From the NCBI GenBank assembly GCA_905480065.1, contig CAJQOV010000087.1:1-37343 (forward strand): a DNA stretch of 37,343 bases, given 5' to 3'. Position numbers and translations under genes: made by a program. Position 1 is the stretch's first letter. Each line of letters starts with the position of its first letter. The notes below the pieces were generated by a model. That model had not been told where the DNA came from and made no database searches. It was given only the letters and a program-made list of their open reading frames with translations. Shown here piece after piece: positions 26,143-34,353 of this stretch. The stretch is from an uncultured Gammaproteobacteria bacterium. GTDB lineage: Bacteria > Pseudomonadota > Gammaproteobacteria > UBA9214.

Positions 26143-28740
26143 ATGTGCGCTGACACCAATTGTTCCAGTCTCCCGATCGAACAGGTCATCCCCGACATCC
26201 GGCAGGCGCTCCTGGGCGGTAACCGCCTGGTGCTGGTGGCGCCGCCCGGTGCCGGCAAGACCACGCTGGTGCCGCTGGCGCTACTGAATGAGCCGTGGTT
26301 GGGCCGGCGGATGATCATCATGCTCGAACCGCGCCGCCTCGCCGCCCGTAATGCCGCGGCGCGCATGGCTGCCCTGCTCGGCGAGCAAACCGGCGCCACC
26401 GTGGGTTACCGGATACGCGCCGAGCGCTGCAGCAGTGATCGCACGCGCATCCTGGTGGTGACCGAAGGCATCTTGACCCGGATGCTGCAGGCCGATCCCG
26501 AACTCGCCATGGCCGCACTGGTGATCTTCGATGAATTCCACGAGCGCAACCTGCATGCCGACCTGTCGCTGGCCTTTTGCCTGCAGTCGCAGGAACTGTT
26601 GCGTGCCGATCTCAGGCTGCTGGTGATGTCCGCAACACTCGACGCGGCCGGCGTGTCGCGCTTGCTCGACGACGCACCGGTGATTACCAGCGTGGGGCAA
26701 ACCTTTCCGGTCGAAACGACCTACCTGCCGGACAAGACACCCCTGCCCGAACCCGGCCGGATCGCCGCTGCGGTGATGCGCCGGCTCGAACGGGTACTGG
26801 CGGAGGAAACCGGCAGCGTGCTCGTGTTCCTGCCGGGGGTGCGCGAGATCAAACAGGTCGAGCAGGCGCTCGGCACACAGCCGCTCGAGCAGAGGCAGGG
26901 CATGCCGATCGTGGCACCGCTCTACGGCGACCTGTCGCGCGAACAGCAGGACCGGGCGATACAACCCTGCGCGGCCGGCCGGCGCAAGATCGTGCTGGCA
27001 ACCAACATCGCCGAGACCAGCCTGACCATCGAGGGCATTGCGATCGTGATCGACAGCGGCCTCGAACGGCAGGCCCGCTTCGACCCCGGCTCGGGCATGA
27101 ACCGGCTCGACACCGTGTTCATCTCCCGGGATTCGGCCGACCAGCGCAGCGGCCGCGCCGGCCGGCTGGGACCGGGCAAGTGCTACCGCTTGTGGACGTC
27201 GGGACAGCAACAGCGCATGGCACGCCACAGCTCTCCCGAAATCCTGCGCAGTGATCTCGCTCCCCTGGTACTGGAAGTGGTCCACTGGGGCGTGCGCGAG
27301 ACCGGTGAACTACGCTGGCTGGATCCGCCCAATGCCGGCGCGGTCGCGCAGGCGCGCGAACTGTTGTGCGAACTCGGCGCCATCGACGACCGGCCACGCA
27401 TCACCGCACACGGCAGGCAACTGCTGGAGACCGGCGCACATCCCCGGCTGGCGCACATGATGATCCGTGGCGCGCAAGCCGGTCATGGTTTCGATGCCTG
27501 TCTGCTGGCCGCGCTGCTGACCGAGCGTGACATCTTTACCGCCAGCGGCGAGCGTACCGCCGATGTCGCACCACGACTCGCCCTGCTGCGCACGTTCCGG
27601 CAGGATGAAGGCACGGCCTGCGCGTACGGCGTAAACCGTCAGCAGTGCCGGCTGGTACTGCGCGCGGCCGCAGAATTCCACCGCCGCATCCGGCGCTTTG
27701 AACGGCAAGCCGGCGCGGACACGATCGACGACCGCGACCTGCCCGGCGTGCTGCTGGCATGGGCCTACCCCGACCGTATTGCCCGTTCCCGCCACAGCGC
27801 CGGTAACCGCTACCTGTTGCGCAGTGGCAAGGGTGCCTTTCTGGAGGCGGGCGAGGCCCTGGCAACAGCAGAGTTCATCGTCGCCGCCGACCTCGACGGC
27901 CGCCAGCGCGAGGCCCGCATCTACCTCGCCGCGGAAATATCCCTGGAACAGATCGAAGTGCGCCACGCCAGCGACATCACACGCGATTCCAGTGTCAGCT
28001 GGAATGCACAGACGCAGAGCGTCGATGCCGTCACCCGGACCTGTCTCGGCGCCCTCGTGCTGGAACAGCAACCGGCCGCGGACATCGCACGCGAGGCCGT
28101 GCATGCCGCCCTGCTCGCAGGCATCCGGCAGTGCGGGCTTAACTGCCTGCCGTGGGACAGGCAGGCGCAGACGCTGCGCCAGCGCGTACAGTTCCTGCAC
28201 ACGCAACAGCAACTTGGTGCGATCAACGAGCCGGAACTCGCTGCGCTCACCCTGCCCGACCTGTCCGATGCGGCGCTACTGGATCACCTCGAAGACTGGC
28301 TGCTGCCGTATCTCGACGCGCACAACAGCATCCGCAAGCTGCAGACGCTCGACCTGCACGCCATCCTGCTCGGCACCCTGAGCCATGCGCAGCAACAGGC
28401 ACTGGACCGGCTGGCACCGACACACACACCCGTACCGAGCGGTTCGCGCATCGCCATCGATTACAGCGACGCCAACAACCCCGTGCTCGCGGTGCGCCTG
28501 CAGGAACTGTTCGGCCTGCAACAGACACCCGCCATCATCAACGGTCGGTTCAGGCTGCTGCTGCATCTATTGTCGCCGGGCTACAAGCCGATGCAGGTCA
28601 CGCAGGACCTGGCAAGCTTCTGGAAAACGACGTACTTCGAGGTACGGAAAGAACTCCGCGGCCGCTACAAGAAACACCACTGGCCGGAAGATCCGTTGGC
28701 GGCGCAGGCCACCAGTCGCGCGAAGCGACGGGGAGAATAA
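26143..28740 (+). CDS. hrpB: ATP-dependent RNA helicase HrpB (DEAH-box)
   Basis: 865-aa ORF with APPGAGKTT (motif I), DEFHER (motif II), SATL, TNIAETSLTI and QRSGRAGR. The long HrpB-type C-terminal domain ends in RGRYKKHHWPEDP. Confidence 0.9.
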   Translation: MCADTNCSSLPIEQVIPDIRQALLGGNRLVLVAPPGAGKTTLVPLALLNEPWLGRRMIIMLEPRRLAARNAAARMAALLGEQTGATVGYRIRAERCSSDRTRILVVTEGILTRMLQADPELAMAALVIFDEFHERNLHADLSLAFCLQSQELLRADLRLLVMSATLDAAGVSRLLDDAPVITSVGQTFPVETTYLPDKTPLPEPGRIAAAVMRRLERVLAEETGSVLVFLPGVREIKQVEQALGTQPLEQRQGMPIVAPLYGDLSREQQDRAIQPCAAGRRKIVLATNIAETSLTIEGIAIVIDSGLERQARFDPGSGMNRLDTVFISRDSADQRSGRAGRLGPGKCYRLWTSGQQQRMARHSSPEILRSDLAPLVLEVVHWGVRETGELRWLDPPNAGAVAQARELLCELGAIDDRPRITAHGRQLLETGAHPRLAHMMIRGAQAGHGFDACLLAALLTERDIFTASGERTADVAPRLALLRTFRQDEGTACAYGVNRQQCRLVLRAAAEFHRRIRRFERQAGADTIDDRDLPGVLLAWAYPDRIARSRHSAGNRYLLRSGKGAFLEAGEALATAEFIVAADLDGRQREARIYLAAEISLEQIEVRHASDITRDSSVSWNAQTQSVDAVTRTCLGALVLEQQPAADIAREAVHAALLAGIRQCGLNCLPWDRQAQTLRQRVQFLHTQQQLGAINEPELAALTLPDLSDAALLDHLEDWLLPYLDAHNSIRKLQTLDLHAILLGTLSHAQQQALDRLAPTHTPVPSGSRIAIDYSDANNPVLAVRLQELFGLQQTPAIINGRFRLLLHLLSPGYKPMQVTQDLASFWKTTYFEVRKELRGRYKKHHWPEDPLAAQATSRAKRRGE

Positions 28741-28744
28741 AACG

Positions 28745-28783
28745 GGGGCCGGATACAATTCATCTGAAAATGTATCCGGCCCC
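28745..28783 (+). terminator. Perfect 13-bp stem hairpin after hrpB (GGGGCCGGATACA / TGTATCCGGCCCC), related to repeat family 2
   Basis: Starts 5 nt after the hrpB stop and has a 13-nt loop. There is no strong U-tract. The stem sequence resembles the GGGGTCGGATACA half-copy at 22570. Confidence 0.45.
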
Positions 28784-28993
28784 ATAATTGGATGTCACGC
28801 CGCTGTCAGGTGGTCTTCCTGCACCGGACTCGCAGCTGAATGCCGCCGACCTGCTGGTATTGCAGCAAAGGGTGCTGGGCCTGATTAGCTTCTAAACAGC
28901 GGACAGGCCACGTTATCTCAACCAGAGGAATCGTGGTCTGCCCCCTGCTCTCCCTGTTTGCCCTGCCCCCTTTTATTCACTTATGCTAGGAAC

Positions 28994-30046
28994 ATGGCAA
29001 CCCGGCGCAAAACCCCACAGGCCGCAGCGCACAAACCGCATCCCTGGACACGCTGGAGCAAGGACCGGTTACTGGATACGCGCATCTGCGATCTCAACCT
29101 GGAGATCGCGGGCTCTGTCCTGGAACCACGCATCGAGCAGCTGTATCGTGAACTGGAACAGCGCGGCTTCAGCTTCAGACCCCATTTCTGGCTGTCGGAC
29201 GAGTGGTATTGTCCGGACGGGGTGCCCGGTATCGCGATCCCGTTCTTTCTCGCCCACCCGCGCCTGCGCCGCCTGGAACTGGAATCGGTGCTGGAAGTGG
29301 AAGGTGGCACACGCGACTGGTGCATGCGACTGTTGCGCCACGAAACCGCACACGCCCTGCTAAACGCCTACCGCTTGCTGGAGTACCGCGACTGGCGCCG
29401 CGTGTTCGGACGGCCCGGCACACCGTACCCGGACACCTACCTGCCGAAACCATACAGCAAGAGCTACGTGCTCAATCTGCCCAACTGGTACGCGCAGTCA
29501 CATCCGCACGAGGACTGGGCCGAGACCTTCGCCGTCTGGCTGAAACCGAAGTCGGACTGGCGCCGCCGCTACCGTTGCTGGCCGGCCATCCGCAAACTGG
29601 AATACGTCGATGAACTCATGCACTCGATTCGCGATCAGCGGCCGCTATTACGTAACCGCCGTGAAGTGTATCCGGCATCGAAAATGCGCATGACACTGCG
29701 TGAACACTACGCCGACAAGATCACGCGTTACGGCACCGACAACTCCGAATTTTCAGATCACGACCTGCAGATACTGTTCTCCATGGACCCGGAACATGCA
29801 CGCAATGAAAAGGCCTCGCGCTATATCCGCCGCACCGCCGGCACCGTCATGAATGTTGTCGGACGCTGGACGGGGGAGTACAACTACCGCATTAACGAGG
29901 TATTGAAAGAAATGGCACGGCACTGCGACCGACTTGGCCTGCGTGTCGCGCACGATGAACAGGACATGCAGCAGGAGATCGTGGCATTCCTGACCATGTT
30001 CATCATGAACAAACTCAACAGCGACGGATTTCGCATAAGCCTATGA
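28994..30046 (+). CDS. Putative zinc metallopeptidase-like protein (HExxH, uncharacterised family)
   Basis: HETAH lies at nt 29339-29353 and a downstream HPHEDWAETFAVW could supply the third ligand (gluzincin-like). ATG at 28994 follows an AGGA. The stop overlaps the next gene start (ATGA). Confidence 0.6.
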   Translation: MATRRKTPQAAAHKPHPWTRWSKDRLLDTRICDLNLEIAGSVLEPRIEQLYRELEQRGFSFRPHFWLSDEWYCPDGVPGIAIPFFLAHPRLRRLELESVLEVEGGTRDWCMRLLRHETAHALLNAYRLLEYRDWRRVFGRPGTPYPDTYLPKPYSKSYVLNLPNWYAQSHPHEDWAETFAVWLKPKSDWRRRYRCWPAIRKLEYVDELMHSIRDQRPLLRNRREVYPASKMRMTLREHYADKITRYGTDNSEFSDHDLQILFSMDPEHARNEKASRYIRRTAGTVMNVVGRWTGEYNYRINEVLKEMARHCDRLGLRVAHDEQDMQQEIVAFLTMFIMNKLNSDGFRISL

Positions 30047-31077
30047 AACGAAGCAATCTGCGCGTCATGATGCTGGTACACCCCGACCTGGTACCCCCGG
30101 ATGACCTGACCGATCCGGATGATCCCCGCATGGAAAATGTCCGCACCGAGTTCGACGTGCGCAAAGCCTTGCTGACACTTGGCCACGACGTGTGCATGGT
30201 CGCCGTCGAGGATGAAATCACTCCCATACGCCACGCCATCCGGGACTGGAAACCGCATATCGCATTCAATCTGATGGAGGAATTTGCGAATAACTCCTCG
30301 CTGGATTATTACGTGGTAAGTTTCCTCGACATGCTCAAGGTGCCCTACACGGGATGTAACCCGCGCGGCCTGCTGCTGGCGCGCGACAAGGCCCTGTCCA
30401 AGAAACTAATGAGTTATCACCGCATCAAGGTGCCCCGCTTTCACGTTTTCCCCCGGGGCCGGTCCATTTCGGCCCGGAATATCCCGAAGCTCCCCTACCC
30501 GATGGTGGTCAAATCCCTGCTGGAACAGGGCTCGGTCGGCATTGCCCGGGCATCGTTCGTCAACAACGCGGAGGAACTGGTCGAACGTGTGATCCAGGTC
30601 CATGCGATGACCGATGGTGATGTGATCGCCGAACAATACATCGATGGACGCGAACTCTACGTCACGGTGCTGGGCAACAAGCGCCTGCAGGTATTGCCGG
30701 TACGCGAGCTGGTGTTCAGGGGCGACGCCGAGGGCGAGGAGCGCATCGCGACCTACAAGGTCAAATGGGACGAGAAATACCGCGCACGCCACGGCATCGA
30801 CTACCAGTTCGTACGCAACCTGCCGGCCGGGATGGCCGAGTACCTGCCCAAGCTGGGCAAACGCATCTACCGCACCCTGGAATTGAGCGGTTACGCACGC
30901 ATCGACCTGCGACTCGACACGAACGGCGTCGTCTATGTGCTGGAAGCCAACCCCAACGCCGCGCTGTCGGAATCAGATGACATGGCTTTCTCCGCCGAGA
31001 AGGCCGGCATGAACTATCCGCAGTTCATTCAACGCCTGCTGAATATCGGACTTGCCGCACGCGGCGGGCAAAATTAA
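30043..31077 (+). CDS. D-alanine--D-alanine ligase-family ATP-grasp enzyme (uncharacterised specificity)
   Basis: 344-aa ORF with a Ddl-like layout: N-terminal pre-ATP-grasp domain, YTGCNPRGLLLARDKALSKKL, PMVVKSLLEQGSVGI, AEQYIDGRELYV, YARIDLRLD..G.VYVLEANPNAAL. Confidence 0.75.
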   Translation: MKRSNLRVMMLVHPDLVPPDDLTDPDDPRMENVRTEFDVRKALLTLGHDVCMVAVEDEITPIRHAIRDWKPHIAFNLMEEFANNSSLDYYVVSFLDMLKVPYTGCNPRGLLLARDKALSKKLMSYHRIKVPRFHVFPRGRSISARNIPKLPYPMVVKSLLEQGSVGIARASFVNNAEELVERVIQVHAMTDGDVIAEQYIDGRELYVTVLGNKRLQVLPVRELVFRGDAEGEERIATYKVKWDEKYRARHGIDYQFVRNLPAGMAEYLPKLGKRIYRTLELSGYARIDLRLDTNGVVYVLEANPNAALSESDDMAFSAEKAGMNYPQFIQRLLNIGLAARGGQN

Positions 31078-31079
31078 TC

Positions 31080-31172
31080 AATGGGGTCAGACTCGATTGA
31101 TTCGTTAAATAGTCAGCGTCTGACTGTATCGCCATTCCTGATGCACCAGACTCAATCGAGTCTGACCCCATT
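31080..31172. repeat. 93-bp hairpin element of family 2 with perfect 21-bp terminal inverted repeats
   Basis: AATGGGGTCAGACTCGATTGA at 31080-31100 pairs with TCAATCGAGTCTGACCCCATT at 31152-31172. An internal mini-hairpin AGTCAGcgtCTGACT is present. The element fills the convergent gap between the ATP-grasp and CBS genes. Confidence 0.8.
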
Positions 31173-31177
31173 GATTT

Positions 31178-31630
31178 TTAACCCTTGGACACGTGGGACT
31201 GGAAGATGGCTTTGTGTACATCACCCAGGCTCATTACACCAACCAGTCTGCCATCACTGTCAGTGACCGGAATGCGGCGAAAGCGGTGACTGGTCATCTT
31301 GGCCGCCGCCTTGAGCACGTGCTGGTCCGGTGTCACGGAAACAGGATTATTGACCATCATGTCGCTGACATGACGCTCCATGGAGGCGGAGTAATTCGAA
31401 GTCATGCTTTCTATTTCCAGAGCCGCTTCACCGGATATAATGTCTTCCATGGTCGGAAACAGGTTCTTCAGCAGGTCCATCTCGGAGATGTTACCCACCA
31501 GTTTGCCGTCTTCATCGACCACCGGAAGAGCGGGGATACGGTACAGGCACATGATCGAAGCCACTACCTTTAGCTTGGCATCCGGGGATACCGTTCTCGG
31601 ATTGCGAGTCATAATATCGCTGACTAACAT
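31178..31630 (-). CDS. CBS-domain pair protein
   Basis: Two CBS repeats (VSDIMTRNPRTVSPD...IPALPVVDEDGKLVGNISEMDLL and VSDMMVNNPVSVTPD...RRIPVTDSDGRLVGVMSLGDV). ATG at 31630 follows a GGAGG SD. Confidence 0.8.
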   Translation of the reverse strand: MLVSDIMTRNPRTVSPDAKLKVVASIMCLYRIPALPVVDEDGKLVGNISEMDLLKNLFPTMEDIISGEAALEIESMTSNYSASMERHVSDMMVNNPVSVTPDQHVLKAAAKMTSHRFRRIPVTDSDGRLVGVMSLGDVHKAIFQSHVSKG

Positions 31631-31678
31631 GAATGCCTCCAGTTCTGTTTCTTGCAAGCCTGACCTTGATGAATAAAT

Positions 31679-31730
31679 GGGGTCAGAGAACTATTTCCTC
31701 GAATAGTAGCAACAATTGTTCTCTGACCCC
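31679..31730. repeat. Family 2 hairpin (GGGGTCAGAGAAC / GTTCTCTGACCCC)
   Basis: Perfect 13-bp arms at 31679-31691 and 31718-31730. The element lies between the yheS stop and the CBS gene start, so it could act as the yheS terminator. Confidence 0.75.
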
Positions 31731-31744
31731 TATTCTACCCCCGA

Positions 31745-33640
31745 TTAATTCTGCAGCGCTTCCAGTTCTTCGCAGGCCTCGAGCCAGTCACCTTCCAGGG
31801 CTGCACTCTCCCGGTCGACGTCCGCCTTCTCGCGCAGCAATTCGGTCAACCGGGTCTTGTTCTCAGCGCTATAAAGTTCAGGATCAGCAAGGCTCTGCTC
31901 GAGTTCATGCTGCCGTGCGTGCAGGCGAGCGAGCGCGGTTTCCGCCTTTTTGATCTTATCGCGCAGCGGCTGCAATTGCCGGCGCTGTTCGGCCTGCTGG
32001 CGCTTTTCCTCCTTGCGCGTGACCGCACTATTCGGGCCACTGACGTTTACGGACTCATCCCGGTTCTCGCGGTTCTGCGCGGCCAGCCACTGCGGGTAAT
32101 CATCCAGGCTGTCCGGGAATTCCTCCACCCGCCCGCCGTACACCAGCACCAGCCGGTCGCTGGTCACGCGCAGCAGGTGGCGGTCGTGCGAAACCAGCAC
32201 CATGGCGCCGCTGAAGTCCTGCAGCGCCGTGGCCAGCGCCTGGCGCATCTCCAGGTCCAGGTGGTTGGTGGGCTCATCGAGCAGCAGCAGGTTCGGCCGC
32301 TGGTAGACCAGCAGCGCCAGCACCAGTCGCGATTTCTCCCCGCCCGAAAACGGGCCGGTCGGCGCCAGCGCCTGGTCGGCGGGAAAGCCGAAGCCGCCGA
32401 GATAATCGCGCAGCTCCTGCTCACGCGCCTGCGGATCGATGCGCAGCAGGTGCGCTAGAGGCGAGGCCTGCGCATCAAGCTGCTCGACCTGGTGCTGGGC
32501 GAAATAGCCGATGCGCAGGTCCTGCGCCGGCGCGCGCTCACCCTGCTGCGGCTCGATCACGCCGGCCAGCAGCTTGATCAGCGTGGACTTGCCGGCGCCG
32601 TTGGGACCCAGCAGGCCGATGCGTTCGCCCGGCGAGAGGCTGAGTTCCACGCCATCGATAACCGTTGTTTCGCCGTAGCCGGCCGCCACCGCGTGCAGGC
32701 GCAGCAGCGGGTCCGGCAATTTCGCAGGCTCGCGCAGGCTGAAGTGGAACGGTGAGTCGACGTGCGCCGGGGCAATCAGTTCCATGCGCTGCAGGGCCTT
32801 CAGACGACTCTGGGCCTGGCGTGCCTTGGTGGCCTTGGCGCGGAAGCGCTCGACAAAGGCATGCATGTGCGCGATCTCACGCTGCTGCTTCTCGTATTGC
32901 GCCTGCTGACCGGCCAGGTATTCCGCGCGCCGGCGTTCAAACGCCGAGTAGTTGCCGCTATAAAGCGTGAGCCGCTGGCGCTCGATGTGGGCGATATGGC
33001 TGGCCACGCGGTCGAGGAAATCCCGGTCGTGCGAGATCAGCAGCAGCGTGCCCGCATAGGCGCACAGCCAGTTTTCCAGCCAGATGACGGCATCAAGATC
33101 CAGGTGGTTGGTGGGCTCGTCCAGCAGCAGCAGGTCTGAGCGGCACATGAGCGCGCGGGCGAGGTTCAGCCGCATGCGCCAGCCGCCCGAGAAAGCGCTG
33201 ACCGGACGGTCCTCGTCGGCGCTGCTGAAACCCAGGCCATGCAGCAGCTGCGCGGCGCGGCTGCGCGCCGTGTAGCCGCCGATGACCTCGTAGTGCGCGT
33301 GCAGTGAGCCGAGCTGCTCGCCATCGTGCCGGGCTTCCGCTTCGATGAGTTCAGCCTCGACCGCACGTAGATCCTCGTCCCCGTCGAGCACGTACTCGAT
33401 GGCCGCACGCGCTTCGGCCGGCATCTCCTGCGCCACGTGGGCGATCACCCAGTCGACCGGATAGCGGCACGCGCCGGCATCGGCATGCAGTTCATCGAGG
33501 ATCAGTGCGAACAGGCTCGACTTGCCGGTGCCATTCGTGCCGGCGACGCCGACCTTCCATCCCGGGTGGATCTGCAGGGTGGCGTGCTCGAACAGCAGGC
33601 GTGGCCCGCGTCGCAAAGCAAGATTGTCAAATTGCAGCAT
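31745..33640 (-). CDS. yheS: ABC-F family ATPase, YheS-type (translation factor class, no TM domains)
   Basis: The 631-aa ORF is collinear from residue 1 with E. coli YheS as I recall it. It has two ABC cassettes (GTNGTGKSS / GPNGAGKST, LSGGWRMRL / FSGGEKSRL, LLLLDEPTNHLD twice), the inter-domain linker (FRAKATKARQAQSR) and a coiled-coil C-terminal tail. Confidence 0.85.
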   Translation of the reverse strand: MLQFDNLALRRGPRLLFEHATLQIHPGWKVGVAGTNGTGKSSLFALILDELHADAGACRYPVDWVIAHVAQEMPAEARAAIEYVLDGDEDLRAVEAELIEAEARHDGEQLGSLHAHYEVIGGYTARSRAAQLLHGLGFSSADEDRPVSAFSGGWRMRLNLARALMCRSDLLLLDEPTNHLDLDAVIWLENWLCAYAGTLLLISHDRDFLDRVASHIAHIERQRLTLYSGNYSAFERRRAEYLAGQQAQYEKQQREIAHMHAFVERFRAKATKARQAQSRLKALQRMELIAPAHVDSPFHFSLREPAKLPDPLLRLHAVAAGYGETTVIDGVELSLSPGERIGLLGPNGAGKSTLIKLLAGVIEPQQGERAPAQDLRIGYFAQHQVEQLDAQASPLAHLLRIDPQAREQELRDYLGGFGFPADQALAPTGPFSGGEKSRLVLALLVYQRPNLLLLDEPTNHLDLEMRQALATALQDFSGAMVLVSHDRHLLRVTSDRLVLVYGGRVEEFPDSLDDYPQWLAAQNRENRDESVNVSGPNSAVTRKEEKRQQAEQRRQLQPLRDKIKKAETALARLHARQHELEQSLADPELYSAENKTRLTELLREKADVDRESAALEGDWLEACEELEALQN

Positions 33641-33664
33641 GGGCGCATTGTAGCGCCCAGCGGG

Positions 33665-33700
33665 GTATAGGACGGAGTATAGGACGGGGTATAGGACGGA
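33665..33700. repeat. Tandem repeat, 3 x 12 bp (GTATAGGACGGA / GTATAGGACGGG / GTATAGGACGGA)
   Basis: Three head-to-tail units lying 25-60 nt upstream of the yheS ATG. On the minus strand they read TCCGTCCTATAC. Confidence 0.9.
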
Positions 33701-33761
33701 TTAACGCCCTTTCCCGAAAAACTCATGTCCATTGGGCAATCGCTACCACTGCTTTCCTGCA

Positions 33762-33872
33762 TGATCATACTGAAATCCTGCCTAAATTAGCCGCACTGAC
33801 CTGTATAAATTCAGATCATTTGCCCTTTCCCCAGCCAATTCATGCCTCCAGGCAAATTGACTGTTGATTTGC
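33762..33872. repeat. Copy B of the ~110-bp repeat (see 21788-21903); no transposase remnant adjacent
   Basis: Same orientation and roughly 75-80% identity by eye to copy A. Confidence 0.7.
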
Positions 33873-34165
33873 ACCGAAATTAGACCCGATAGAGTTGGAT
33901 ATTTGCATTCTACTGTGACCCATCTCCGCTAAGCATGGTTAGCTTCTAGCCAAATAATTACAGCGGTTCTGGAGGTACATATTTCGGTGCAATTTAACAC
34001 TCGAATCATTTATGACCGATGCGAATATCGATGCGAGTTGTCATCGCACCCACTATGGTTCTAACCTGGTGGTTTGCGTGGGCAAATCCATTTTGACGTG
34101 TATCTATTCACCACAGAGGTGAATGGCGTATAGGGGTGCGTTGTTATCAACAAAAAACCCCATTG

Positions 34166-34244
34166 GCCACGGAATCCACGGAAGAACACGGAAATATTTC
34201 TTGTAAGGCTTTTATTTTTCCGTGTTTTCCGTGTTTTCCGTGGC
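34166..34244. repeat. Inverted array of 9-bp units: 3 x (C/A)CACGGAA, ~22-bp spacer, 3 x TTCCGTG(T/G)
   Basis: Left arm: GCCACGGAATCCACGGAAGAACACGGAAA (34166-34194). Right arm: TTTCCGTGTTTTCCGTGTTTTCCGTGGC (34217-34244). Units have 9-bp periodicity within each arm. The array lies about 110 bp upstream of rsmA. Confidence 0.85.
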
Positions 34245-34353
34245 AAGATGTTTGAATAAATGCCTTTCGCCTCTTTGTTTCTTTGTTGAGCTGAATAGAT
34301 ACTTTGACGTTTTATAACTGACTGTTAATGATGACCAATACCAGGATAACCCC

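Noticed and set aside
33665-33700. Whether the tandem 12-bp repeats could be a CRISPR array or minisatellite.
   Set aside because: There are only three contiguous units with no spacers, and no cas genes are in the window. This is not CRISPR-like.
33502-33768. An 88-aa ORF containing SYTPSYTPSYTP that overlaps the yheS start.
   Set aside because: As a protein-coding gene it is implausible. It starts inside a dispersed repeat, has no SD, and its distal two thirds are an out-of-frame shadow of yheS. I keep it only as a speculative leader-uORF idea in the yheS finding.
34061-34246. A 61-aa ORF (MPRKTRKTRKNKS...FFRGFRG...).
   Set aside because: The repetitive peptide is simply the translation of the 9-bp CCACGGAA inverted array. 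It has no SD and low complexity. I treat it as a DNA-level repeat, not a gene.
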